The position numbers and the translations under genes are program-made. The notes beneath the pieces were generated by a model. It was not told the origin of the DNA and ran no database searches. It saw only the letters and a list, made by a program, of their open reading frames with translations. Below are positions 39,176 through 49,628 of a stretch of 64,000 nucleotides of DNA, in pieces; position 1 is the first letter of the stretch; each line of letters opens with the position of its first letter. Origin of the DNA: Nitrospirota bacterium (GTDB taxonomy: Bacteria > Nitrospirota > UBA9217); NCBI GenBank assembly GCA_963845065.1, contig CAWJQQ010000001.1:832001-896000 (forward strand), read 5' to 3'.

Positions 39176-41566
39176 ATGAGGATAAACAAGAAAAATGCAA
39201 TGGATAAAACATTGTCAACCGAACTGCTTTCCAAAATCGACGCTTACTGGCGTGCCGCCAACTATCTATCGGTTGGCCAGATTTATCTTTACGACAATCC
39301 GCTGCTCAATCGGCCGCTGATGCTCGCGGATGTGAAACACATGCTACTGGGGCACTGGGGCACGACCCCGGGGCAGAACTTCATTTACGTTCACTTGAAC
39401 CGGGTCATCAAAAAATACGACCTTGACATGATTTACGTCTCCGGCCCCGGGCATGGCGGCCCGGCCGTCGTGGGCAACACTTACCTCGAGGGCACATACA
39501 GCGAGATCTATCCCAACATCAGCCAGGATGAGGCCGGGCTTCGGAAGCTCTTCATTCAGTTTTCGTTTCCCGGAGGAATTCCCAGCCATGCGTCGCCGGA
39601 ATGCCCGGGCTCGATACACGAGGGCGGCGAGCTGGGCTATTCGCTCAGCCATTCGTTTGGGGCGGTCTTCGATAATCCCAATCTCATTGTTGCCTGCGTT
39701 GTCGGTGATGGCGAGGCAGAAACCGGACCGCTGGCCACCTCATGGCATTCCAACAAGTTCCTTGATCCGGCCACTGACGGCGCGGTGCTACCAATCCTTC
39801 ATCTCAACGGTTATAAGATTTCCAACCCGACCGTCCTCGCGCGCATCACCCGCAAGGAGTTGGAACAGTTGCTTCTCGGCTACGGGTGGACACCCTACTT
39901 CGTCGAAGGTCACGAACCCGGGCCGATGCATGAGGCCATGGCTACGACGCTTGACACGGTAGTGGAACAGATCAAAATAATCCAACAAGACGCGCGCGTC
40001 CACGGTAACATCACGCGTCCGAGCTGGCCGATGATCGTCCTGAATTCACCCAAGGGCTGGACAGGGCCGAAGATAATCGATGGTCTGCAGATTGAAGGCA
40101 CCTTCAGAGCGCACCAGGTGCCGCTGTCCGATCCGGCCACACATCCCGAACATCTCCAGCTGTTGGAAGACTGGCTTAGGAGCTATCATCCGGAGGAACT
40201 CTTCGATGGGCAGGGTCGTCTGAAACCGGAACTGGCCGAACTTGCACCCAAAGGCGAACGACGCATGGGCGCAAATCCCCACGCCAATGGCGGCATTCTG
40301 CTCCGCGACCTGCGATTGCCGGATTTTCGTGACTACGCAGTTGGCGTGCCCTCGCCGGGGGTGCCAGGCATCGGCGACACGCATGTGCTCGGGCGTTTCC
40401 TGCGCGATGTAACGAAGCTGAACAGTGAACAGCGGAATTTCAGGGTATTCGGCCCTGACGAGACTCTCTCCAACGGCTTGGAGGCCCTCTTTGAAGTGAC
40501 CAAACGCCAATGGGATGCTGTGACTGTGTCAAACGATGAATTTCTCGCACCCACTGGACGCGTGATAGAAATGCTCAGCGAGCACCAATGCGAGGGCTGG
40601 CTCGAGGGCTACCTGCTCACCGGGCGGCATGGGCTCTTCAATTGCTATGAGGCATTTATCCACATCGTCGATTCGATGTTCAATCAGCACGCTAAGTGGC
40701 TGAAGGTGACGTCGCACCTGCCGTGGCGGCGGAAGATCGCCTCGTTAAACTACCTGCTGGCCTCGCATGTATGGCGCCAGGACCATAACGGCTTCACACA
40801 CCAAGATCCCGGTTTCATCGACCACGTCGTGAACAAGAAAGCCGAGGTCGTGCGTGTTTACCTTCCGCCGGATGCAAACTGCCTGCTGTCGGTGATGGAC
40901 CATTGTCTGCGCGGCCGCCATTACGTCAATGTCGTGATCGCGGGCAAACACCCGGCGCCGCAATGGCTGACGATGGACGCCGCTGTCAAGCACTGCACCG
41001 AGGGCATCGGCATCTGGCCGTGGGCTAGCAACGACCAGGACGTTTCGCCGGACGTGGTCATGGCCTGCTGTGGCGACGTGCCAACGCTGGAGACGCTTGC
41101 CGCCGTCTCCATTATTCGCGAGCATCTGCCCGGTCTGAAAATTCGAGTGGTCAACGTCGTCGACCTCATGAAGCTGCAGCCGCAAACTGAGCACCCGCAC
41201 GGACTCTCCGACATGGATTTTGACGAGCTCTTCACTAAGGACAAACCGGTCATCTTCGCCTTTCATGCCTACCCCTGGTTGATCCACCGGCTAACATACC
41301 GCCGCACCAATCATGACAACATCCACGTCCGCGGCTACAAGGAAGAGGGCACCATCACCACTCCCTTCGATATGACGGTGTTGAACGATTTGGACCGCTT
41401 CCATCTCGTAATGGACACCATCGACCGCCTGCCGCAGACCGGCGACAAAGGCATCTACCTGAAGCAGAAGCTCAAGGACAAGCTTGTCGAGCACAAACAA
41501 TATATTGACAAATACGGTGAAGACATGCCGGAGATTCGGAACTGGAAGTGGGTCAACCCCAAATGA
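39176..41566 (+). CDS. xfp: Phosphoketolase (XFP family)
   Basis: [40 protein letters not shown]. Confidence 0.96.
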   Translation: MRINKKNAMDKTLSTELLSKIDAYWRAANYLSVGQIYLYDNPLLNRPLMLADVKHMLLGHWGTTPGQNFIYVHLNRVIKKYDLDMIYVSGPGHGGPAVVGNTYLEGTYSEIYPNISQDEAGLRKLFIQFSFPGGIPSHASPECPGSIHEGGELGYSLSHSFGAVFDNPNLIVACVVGDGEAETGPLATSWHSNKFLDPATDGAVLPILHLNGYKISNPTVLARITRKELEQLLLGYGWTPYFVEGHEPGPMHEAMATTLDTVVEQIKIIQQDARVHGNITRPSWPMIVLNSPKGWTGPKIIDGLQIEGTFRAHQVPLSDPATHPEHLQLLEDWLRSYHPEELFDGQGRLKPELAELAPKGERRMGANPHANGGILLRDLRLPDFRDYAVGVPSPGVPGIGDTHVLGRFLRDVTKLNSEQRNFRVFGPDETLSNGLEALFEVTKRQWDAVTVSNDEFLAPTGRVIEMLSEHQCEGWLEGYLLTGRHGLFNCYEAFIHIVDSMFNQHAKWLKVTSHLPWRRKIASLNYLLASHVWRQDHNGFTHQDPGFIDHVVNKKAEVVRVYLPPDANCLLSVMDHCLRGRHYVNVVIAGKHPAPQWLTMDAAVKHCTEGIGIWPWASNDQDVSPDVVMACCGDVPTLETLAAVSIIREHLPGLKIRVVNVVDLMKLQPQTEHPHGLSDMDFDELFTKDKPVIFAFHAYPWLIHRLTYRRTNHDNIHVRGYKEEGTITTPFDMTVLNDLDRFHLVMDTIDRLPQTGDKGIYLKQKLKDKLVEHKQYIDKYGEDMPEIRNWKWVNPK

Positions 41567-41680
41567 AAACGCAAGAGCTTAAAGATACCGCGAGAACGTT
41601 GGTCGCCGGCGAGAAGGGCTAGCTCTGGTGGCGATGGATGTAACTAATCAAAGCTGCGATAAACTATTTGCCAGGTCGGC
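41563..41680 (+). pseudogene. 5' remnant of class I fructose-bisphosphate aldolase
   Basis: ATGA-coupled to xfp; [19 protein letters not shown] then VAMD, resembling the aldolase N-terminus (A..LVA..KGLLAMDES). Confidence 0.55.
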
Positions 41681-41859
41681 GTTTTCCTAGACCGAGTTGG
41701 CTCGGCGAACCTTGGAGAATACAAGGTAGCTTTGGAAAGAACATGAGCATGACTATTAGGACTCCGCAACTCATGAAACGTGTGGCATACAAATACAGAA
41801 AGGATCCCAGTTATGAATACCGACCAACCCGATGCTCTCAGCGCAGCGATGGCGTTGCC

Positions 41860-42048
41860 CGACTGATATACCGGGTGCTCGATCCAACTGCCGCGCCCCT
41901 ATTGGCCAAAAAACCTGTCGATATGTCTCTACAGATTGCCAGGCGTGCTTACGAACTGTACGAGCAGCGGGGCCGCCAGGTCGGTCGAGCGGTTCACCGA
42001 CTGGGGGAGGCGGAGCGGGAGATACGGAAAGAAGGACCCTATAAATAA
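41860..42048 (+). pseudogene. 3' remnant with DUF2934-like domain
   Basis: YRVLDPTAAPLLAKKPVD..QIARRAYELYEQRGR...EAEREI. Confidence 0.55.
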
Positions 42049-42138
42049 ACAGAGGCGAACAGCATAGCGAGCATTGCTGATAAATTGAAGATGAAATCAA
42101 TTCCACCAATATTTGCAAATCACTAAGGAGGCAAAACC

Positions 42139-43560
42139 GTGAACAATGAGCAACAACAGTATGCCATCGGCATGATCGGCCTGGGTGTCATGGGGCGCAA
42201 TCTCGTGATGAACATGGCTGACCACGGCTATGCCGTGGCAGGTTATGACAAGGATCCGACTAAAGTCGAGGCTCTGCGCCAGGAATCAAAAGAACGTAAT
42301 GTTTTCGGCGCGGCGGATATCAAGGAGTTTATCGGATTGCTCCGCCGACCGCGCGCAATTATGATTCTGGTTCCCGCTGGCGCTCCGGTAGATTCTGTCA
42401 TCAATGATTTGTTGCCACTCTTGGACAGGGGCGATCTCATCATCGATGCCGGCAACTCCTATTTTAAAGATACCGACTTACGCGCCCGAAACCTGACAGC
42501 GAAAGGCATACAATTTCTTGGCGTGGGCGTGTCGGGAGGAGAAGTAGGCGCTCGTCATGGCCCGAGCATAATGCCCGGCGGGCCGAAAGCGGCTTACGAG
42601 CGTGTCCAACTGGTGTTTGAAGCTGTCGCGGCCAAGGTAAACGGCGATCCGTGCGTGACCTATCTCGGTCCCGGATCGGCGGGTCACTTCGTGAAGATGG
42701 TTCACAACGGCATCGAATACGGTGTCATGCAATTGATCGCAGAGACATACGATCTGATGAAACGTGGCTGGGGCTTGAATGATGATGAGGTGCGAGAAGT
42801 ATATGCTTTATGGAACAAGGGCAATCTCAATGGCTATCTTGTGGAGATCACGAGCCATATCTTTTCTAAACAGGACGAGAAAAGCGGCAAGCGGCTGATC
42901 GACGAAATCCTCGACGTGGCCAAACAAAAAGGCACGGGAATGTGGACCTCGCAAAGCGCGATGGAATTACAAGTGTCGATCCCGACGATAGATCTGGCTG
43001 TCTCGATGCGGGACTTGTCAGCGTTCGCGGAAGAACGGCAGAAGGCCAGCGCGATGTATCAGCGACCGATTCGGCGCATCAACGGTGACCGCGACGCCTT
43101 ATTCACACAACTGGGCAACGCTTTTTTTGCAGGGATGATCATCATTTACGCACAAGGTATGGCGCTTTTGACGGTTGCTTCAAACAAATACGAGTATCAC
43201 CTCGATCTTGAAGCCGTGGCGCGGATTTGGCGAGGAGGCTGCATCATCCGCGCCTCGTTGCTGGAAGACATCTGCACGGCATTCCACTCGAGGCCTGATC
43301 TGCCGAACTTGTTACTTGCTCCTAACTTGTCGCACAAAGTCATGGAGCATCAGGACTGTTTACGTCAAGTGGTGTGCCAAGCGGCCGCGTTAGGCATACC
43401 GGCCCCAGGGTTGATGGTTTCATTGGGCTATCTCGACGCTTATCGCAGTGCTTGGCTGCCGGCCAATCTTATCCAGGCTCAGCGCGACTATTTCGGAGCC
43501 CACACCTACGAACGGATTGATGCCAAGGGCACGTTTCACACAGAATGGAATGAGGGGTGA
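42139..43560 (+). CDS. gndA: NADP-dependent 6-phosphogluconate dehydrogenase
   Basis: GLGVMG, GVSGGE, VKMVHNGIEYG, QKGTG, QAQRDYFGAH. Confidence 0.97.
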   Translation: MNNEQQQYAIGMIGLGVMGRNLVMNMADHGYAVAGYDKDPTKVEALRQESKERNVFGAADIKEFIGLLRRPRAIMILVPAGAPVDSVINDLLPLLDRGDLIIDAGNSYFKDTDLRARNLTAKGIQFLGVGVSGGEVGARHGPSIMPGGPKAAYERVQLVFEAVAAKVNGDPCVTYLGPGSAGHFVKMVHNGIEYGVMQLIAETYDLMKRGWGLNDDEVREVYALWNKGNLNGYLVEITSHIFSKQDEKSGKRLIDEILDVAKQKGTGMWTSQSAMELQVSIPTIDLAVSMRDLSAFAEERQKASAMYQRPIRRINGDRDALFTQLGNAFFAGMIIIYAQGMALLTVASNKYEYHLDLEAVARIWRGGCIIRASLLEDICTAFHSRPDLPNLLLAPNLSHKVMEHQDCLRQVVCQAAALGIPAPGLMVSLGYLDAYRSAWLPANLIQAQRDYFGAHTYERIDAKGTFHTEWNEG

Positions 43561-45101
43561 AAATCATGGAAACAAATGAACAAATTGAACCGACTGTGTT
43601 CGTCATATTTGGCGGAGCCGGTGATTTGACCTGGCGGAAACTCATTCCCGCCTTGTTTGACCTCTTTCAGGAACGAAGCATGCCCGTTGATTTTTCGATC
43701 ATCGCCGTGGATCGCATTGCTTTGAGCGATGAAAAGTTGCGTCGGCATCTCCGCGACGGCGTAAAGAAATTTTCACGCCAAGGAATAGTGGAAACCCGTA
43801 AGTGGGGCGATTTTGCCGGGCATATTCGCTATCAGAAGGGCGATTTTAAGAAGCTTCAAACGTATATGGACCTGGGTGAACAATGTGCAAAGCTTGAAAA
43901 GGCATGGGGCACAAAAACCCACCGCATCTTTTACATGGCCACACCGCCGAGCATGCTCGGTGAAATACCAAAATACCTCGGCAAGGCCGGATTGGCACGC
44001 GACCGGAAATGGGCGCGGATTGTGGTCGAGAAACCGATTGGCAATGACCTGGAATCTGCCCGCACCTTGAATGCCATTCTCGCCGACAATTTCGATGAGT
44101 CTCAGATCTTCCGCATCGACCATTATTTGGGCAAGGAAACGGTGCAGAACATTCTGGCGTTTCGCTTTGCCAATCCTCTCTTTGAGCCGATCTGGAACCG
44201 CCGTTATGTAGATTGTGTAACCATCACCGCTGCCGAAGCTGTCGGTGTCGAACATCGAGGTGGCTATTACGACCACGCCGGAGCTTTGCGTGATATGGTG
44301 CAGAATCACCTTATGCAATTGCTTTGTCTGGTTGCGATGGAGCCGATGGTCTCCTTCGAAGCTGAAGAGATTCGCAACAAGAAAGTGGATGTCCTCCACG
44401 CCGTTCGTTCGATTCACTGTGACGCCGTCCATAAATGCGTCGTGCGTGGACAATACGGTGAAGGTTGGATCGGCGGCAAAAAAGTACCCAGCTATCGCGA
44501 AGAAGACGGAGTGTCACCTGATTCCCAAACAGAGACGTTTGTCGCGCTCAAGCTATTCGTTGACAACTGGCGCTGGCAGGGCGTGCCTTTCTACCTCCGC
44601 ACGGGAAAGCGTCTTACCCGGAAGTCCTCTGAAATTACGATACAGTTTCGCGAAGTGCCTCATCAGTCATTTCCGGCTGAGTCCACTCTCGATTGGCAAT
44701 CCTCACGATTGGTGATGTCTATCCAGCCCGATGAAGGCATCATGCTACGTTTTCAGGCTAAACATCCTGGGCCAAAGATGAACCTGCGCTCAGTGGAGAT
44801 GCAGTTTAATTACCAGGACGCCTTCGCAGCCAAGTCGCCTAACGCCTATGAAACGTTGCTCTGGGACGTGATGAAGAATGACGCCACCTTGTTCATGCGC
44901 GCCGATCAAGTGGAGGCCGCGTGGCGGTTGATGACGCCAGTGCTTGAGGTCTGGGCGGTGGCTCCGCCCAGTGATTTTCCCAATTACGCCGCTGGCACCT
45001 GGGGACCGGAGGAAGTTCTGGGTCTGCTTGCTCAAGGGCACAGTTGGCCGTTGCCCACCGCATTGGTTATGCATTGTAAGAAAAAGGGAAAGAAATCGTA
45101 G
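43557..45101 (+). CDS. zwf: Glucose-6-phosphate dehydrogenase
   Basis: FGGAGDL, VEKPIG, RIDHYLGKE, DMVQNHL, WQGVPFYLRTGK. Confidence 0.97.
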   Translation: MKIMETNEQIEPTVFVIFGGAGDLTWRKLIPALFDLFQERSMPVDFSIIAVDRIALSDEKLRRHLRDGVKKFSRQGIVETRKWGDFAGHIRYQKGDFKKLQTYMDLGEQCAKLEKAWGTKTHRIFYMATPPSMLGEIPKYLGKAGLARDRKWARIVVEKPIGNDLESARTLNAILADNFDESQIFRIDHYLGKETVQNILAFRFANPLFEPIWNRRYVDCVTITAAEAVGVEHRGGYYDHAGALRDMVQNHLMQLLCLVAMEPMVSFEAEEIRNKKVDVLHAVRSIHCDAVHKCVVRGQYGEGWIGGKKVPSYREEDGVSPDSQTETFVALKLFVDNWRWQGVPFYLRTGKRLTRKSSEITIQFREVPHQSFPAESTLDWQSSRLVMSIQPDEGIMLRFQAKHPGPKMNLRSVEMQFNYQDAFAAKSPNAYETLLWDVMKNDATLFMRADQVEAAWRLMTPVLEVWAVAPPSDFPNYAAGTWGPEEVLGLLAQGHSWPLPTALVMHCKKKGKKS

Positions 45102-45718
45102 CTCGATATTATGCGCAATGTCGTTACGCATAAGACTTCTGGTTACAGATATCGGCGGCAGACATTTGAAGGTGTCGAATACGAAACCTTATGGTCATAA
45201 ACAGCAACTGCAAATTTTGGATAAAATTAGTGATATTAATAAATATGATGAGATAATTGTTCTTTACTTGCAAAGTGTACCTGAAGCAATTGAAGCAATA
45301 TAAAATGTGGAGGCAGCTTTCATTGCAAACAGTATTGCTAACAAACAATATTTTTAACCCTCTTCTAAGACGGACGAAGTCATAGTGGACTAAGATGATT
45401 AAGAAACAATTACCAGACAAAGTAGTTTTCAAGGATTTTCAATATGAACGGACACAAAAACGCCCATTTTTCACACATCCTAGATGACCCATCTATAAGA
45501 AATAAGTTATAAGGATGTATATGGCGACTGCCAAGATGGTATATGATGTTTGGCAATGCAGCGTTGCAGATGTTTCTTTTTAAAAACTATCGCCAATGGA
45601 AATACGGATTTAAACGGTAGCTTGCAAGCGAATCGGTCCGCTAATCCTGAATCATAAGTGATTTATATAATCCAAGAGAATCCCGGACAGACACTCAATG
45701 TCTTTGTCGGACCGCACT

Positions 45719-46030
45719 TCAACGTGCTCGCGAGCTACCAGAGCGCGAATTCGACGGAACAGACGGCATCGAGCGGGTAGCAGGAGCGGATCTGCAAGCT
45801 CGCGCAGGCGCGTGGCCACCACCGCTTGGATGGTCACCGCCGCGAAAAGGCGTCACTTGGTAGTCAGGTCCCCATCCGCCGTACACGACACCGGAGGGTT
45901 CATAGTAAGCCGCCCCGACGTCGCCGCCGTCGTAGTATCCGCCACCACCTACGAAGCAGCTGGGCAACAAGCTCGTCATCGTCAAGACTGCGAAGGCGAG
46001 CGCTAACCAGCGTAAGCGTAAGATATTCAT
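45719..46030 (-). CDS. Small putative lipoprotein, Gly/Pro/Arg-rich
   Basis: Signal peptide with LLPSC lipobox-like motif; overlaps the upstream gene stop. Confidence 0.55.
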   Translation of the reverse strand: MNILRLRWLALAFAVLTMTSLLPSCFVGGGGYYDGGDVGAAYYEPSGVVYGGWGPDYQVTPFRGGDHPSGGGHAPARACRSAPATRSMPSVPSNSRSGSSRAR

Positions 46031-46800
46031 TTGGTCGCCTTTTTACTCTCAGTATCCGTCCATTCAAGCAAGCCGAAAGCCGCCCCCAATGGGTCGGCAA
46101 CCACTGCAATTTTGCCACCGTGGCGAGCAATCCGCAGCTCGACCAGCACGCGTCCACCGAGCGCCAGGACTTTCGCGGTCATCTTGACCGTATCTTCAAC
46201 GCGTACGTAATTGAGCCAGTAGGGATGGTCATTGGGCCTATTCACAGGCAGCGTATTCACGCTCGCACGAGCATAGTTGTCGGACGCGAGCAATAGATGT
46301 TGGGCGCCTTCGGTAACGGGCAACTCAAAAACTTCGAAGTCGAATAGTGCCTGGTAGAAAGCAGCATCGGTGTCCGGATCGTTCGTCATTAACGAGCTCC
46401 AAATCCATTCTCCAGGTGCAGCAAGAACATCACGCGGAGCACCGCTACTGGAAGCAAGAACCGCAAAAACAGCGCCTTGCGGATCCGCGAAGACTGCTTT
46501 ACGGCCGCGGGCAGGGATGGTATGCGGCTCGAACAGCACCTTAACGCCATTTTACAAAACGATTTTTTTTTGCTGTATCGACATCACCTACAGCGAAGAA
46601 GCTCAGCCACGCTGGTTGTCGATGCTCGTTCGTCGGCATATTCTTTTGAACCAGCACTGCAACCGGTCGACCATCGAGAGATGCCTCGGTATACTCTATC
46701 CCAGTGGCCTGAATGTCGCGAAATGTCCAGCCAAAGAGTCCCGCATAGAACCAAGTTATTTGTAAGCAATCTGACGCCGAAACCAAACTGGTATTTCTGA
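46027..46800 (-). pseudogene. VOC/glyoxalase-family protein, frameshifted and 5'-decayed
   Basis: FYAGLFGWTF, WLSFFAVGDVD, GRKAVFADPQGAVF, YVRVED..GGRVL..AVVADPLGAAFGL across two frames. Confidence 0.78.
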
Positions 46801-47075
46801 TAGTTCCGCATTAGTCACATTGATTAATGGGACTTCCCATTAGTTCTTTTTTAAATTAAATATAAACCTGATGACTGTGATGTAGTGAATATTACAACTA
46901 TCATGCCGGGGGGGAAACTACGGTTATTGCAAGAAGTAACGCGTTGATTATTTGGAATTAAGATACAAAGTGAGATGCGGCTGGAAATAGAAAGCCGTCA
47001 AGGAGCCCGTCGCATTTAACATAACCGTCAAATGTGACGGCGTGAAGAGACAGAACATTTTTTTTACACTAAATC

Positions 47076-47564
47076 CTAGAGTTTTTTTCGCCACAAAAGA
47101 ACGCGGAGCAGCATCGGTACCCACTGGAAAAACGAGGCAAGATTGACGCCGTCAAAGCTCATAAAGCCGGTCACTGCGGTACGAATCCGTTTGATATCGT
47201 CATGAAGCTCTGCGATCTTGGACTTAGCGTGCTCCGCATCCACAGTAAGAGTTGTCAACGCGGCCTTTCGTAGGGCACTCGCGGCATCAACTTCGGGGCC
47301 AAGGCGTAGGTGGCTGGCAACAACGATTGCCACCACAGCCAATACGATATCGACTATGGCAACCGCGAGAGCAGCACTGGCACTACCAAGACGTGGTGTG
47401 AGATACAGATAGAAAGCGATATTCAGCATGCCGGTAGCTAGAACTGCCAGAAGAACGGCGGCTATGTAGAACGCGGCCTGTTGGACGATGAGACGCAGTT
47501 GGAGGCGCAGGAGGATCATCTCAGTCTTCAGTAAGAGGTGCATCTTTACCAGGAACTTATCCAT
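47076..47564 (-). CDS. Holin-like (YqjE-type) membrane protein
   Basis: Two long TM helices, downstream of a small partner gene. Confidence 0.6.
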   Translation of the reverse strand: MDKFLVKMHLLLKTEMILLRLQLRLIVQQAAFYIAAVLLAVLATGMLNIAFYLYLTPRLGSASAALAVAIVDIVLAVVAIVVASHLRLGPEVDAASALRKAALTTLTVDAEHAKSKIAELHDDIKRIRTAVTGFMSFDGVNLASFFQWVPMLLRVLLWRKKL

Positions 47565-47568
47565 ACTT

Positions 47569-47859
47569 TTACCCCTTACGGCTGAGCAGCCGACCCATGA
47601 GGACACCGAGCGCGAAGATCACGAGCGCAGTCTTAGCCGGAACGTCTTTGAACTGAAGGTCCAGACCGCCCATCAGTCCCTCAGCCTGTTTGAACAAGTC
47701 TTGGAGCCAGGTTGACGCCTCTTCTCCGGTTTTTTCCCGCGGTCTCTGTTCCGGCTCCTCCGAGGAAACCTGTGCGCCTGCATGGTTTTTGGCTTCATCG
47801 AGTGCCTGTAATTGTTTTTTTAACTCTTCGATTTCCTGCATGATGTCACGGTCTGTCAT
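47569..47859 (-). CDS. Small C-tail-anchored membrane protein (ElaB/YqjD-like)
   Basis: Coiled coil then PAKTALVIFALGVLMGRLLSRKG; GGAG RBS. Confidence 0.6.
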   Translation of the reverse strand: MTDRDIMQEIEELKKQLQALDEAKNHAGAQVSSEEPEQRPREKTGEEASTWLQDLFKQAEGLMGGLDLQFKDVPAKTALVIFALGVLMGRLLSRKG

Positions 47860-48067
47860 GGTTCATCCTCTCCTTCCTGCATCCATAGAGCCCTTCTTGC
47901 AAGAGTATCATAGGTAGCACCATTGTGGCAAGGGGTTCTCGTTCTTTTCGATTATCTTTTCCGCATTATCTTGCAATGTCCGGGGGAATATTCTATGGTA
48001 GAATACTGCGAACACCTCATTGGTTGTGTGTGTCGCAGAAACTTTATTGAGACGGTATAATAAAACT

Positions 48068-49550
48068 GGCTCATGGCGCCTTAGTATGGGTAAATGTCCA
48101 TGGATGGAAGCGGTTCATCCAAGGAGTGCATGTCTGAATGATCCTTAAATTCAGGTAGCATTATCCCGATAGCCATAAGCACGACGTATCAGATACCTCG
48201 CCTTTGCGTTTGACGACTCAATAATTCCGAGCGGAACCTTCTTGTCACAGTATTCCAATATGCCGTCCAGATGCTTTTCCACCATATCGGAGAAGCGCTT
48301 CATCGGCTTCAAACGACTCCAGTGAAGTTGATCAACCCATCCTCGAAAGAACTTGTGTGCCCATGTCTTTGATTTGTAACTCCATAAATGTCCAAACGAC
48401 TCTTTCATCAAATGCGACTTAAACAACCGCCGGTTTGCCCGCAAGGCGTCATTGAGCGCCACCCGCGCATTCCCCTGTACATGGGCCTGACGGGAAAGCA
48501 GAATAAACTTCTTTCCGACAGCCGATCCTTCATCCATTTTCCAGCCTTGTTAACCTCTTGAATGCGCACGGCGTTAAGGGCTTTTAATAAGTGTTGAATG
48601 ACGTGATACTTATCGTAAATGATCTTCGCGCTCGGGCAGTGCTTATGAATACTATTGCGGAACGGTTTCCACATATCGATTACCGCATGAGTGATCATAC
48701 GGGCGCGCTTTTTCCCGAACCACTTCCAAAACTTGCTCAAATTCCGTTCTTTGCGTCCGTTCCCGACAAACAGCATCTCCGGACCGCGCTGTCCTTCCAA
48801 GGCGCTTACCAAGTGGCGGTACTTATGCCCTTTGCCCTTCCCAGATGAAAGCTCGTCCATGCCCAGAACGGTTATTCAATCCAAAGGACGGTTCGCTTGC
48901 TCTTCTTGTAATGCCTGCTTATCGATCGCTTTGACGGTATGCCGATGCAGCTTCAGAAGCGTGCCCACCGCTTGGACAGTCGTCACTTTGCATAGTTCAT
49001 GGCGTAGTTACCCGCTGACCTCGCACAGCCACAAAATCAAGTGCCTCTGTCGCAATCCCGCAGGAATCGCAGTCAGCTTTGTATCGTTCAAACCGGAGAA
49101 TCGTCACATGGTTCCACCACATCATATGCTGAACTTCAAACTCTTTGCTATCGTAGCCGGCAATAACTATTGTGCCGCACTTGTTGCACCGATAAAAAGT
49201 AACATCACGTTCCAAGGTAACGAGGACTGCATTTCCTTTTTTTCTGAACACGGCTTCAACTGTTGATACGTGAAACCCTTGAATCCCTAGTGAATTACCC
49301 CGCAGCAGAGCTGCGGGGCATCAAAACCGATAGAACCTAAAACCAATCAGGTTCTTATCCTGACTTCGTCAGGATTGTCCTTTTCATCCCAGCAGTAGAA
49401 CTGCTGGGCATTCAAGGACAGGTTGTATAAACTTGTGAGATAATCGTCGTGCATCCGGAAGGACCCTCCTTGTCGAATGATTGCTAGTCATAAGCAAGAA
49501 GGTATATCTTTTCGGATGCCTTTTCAACCCATAGTCACGTGCCAAGAACC
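48068..49550 (-). mobile_element. Decayed ISL3-family IS
   Basis: IRs GGCTCATGGCGCCTTAGTATGGGT / GGTTCTTGGCACGTGACTATGGGT; transposase fragments CNKC zinc finger, GMDE, VIDMWKPF, YDKYHV, IESSNAK..RRAYGYR in several frames. Confidence 0.85.
49291..49427. mobile_element. ~137-bp palindromic MITE (IS200/IS605-derived type) inside the ISL3 transposase
   Basis: Hairpins CCCCGCAGC-AGA-GCTGCGGGG, ATCCTGAC-TTC-GTCAGGAT, CCCAGCAGT-AGA-ACTGCTGGG; removal restores MHDDYLTSL|LGIQGFHV; no TSD. Confidence 0.75.
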
Positions 49551-49628
49551 TGTTTTATTTTCGTTCTGATTTCTGATATGTTTTTCTTCAAAACTCTTCA
49601 TTCTCCGGGGTTTCTACGATAAAAGTCT

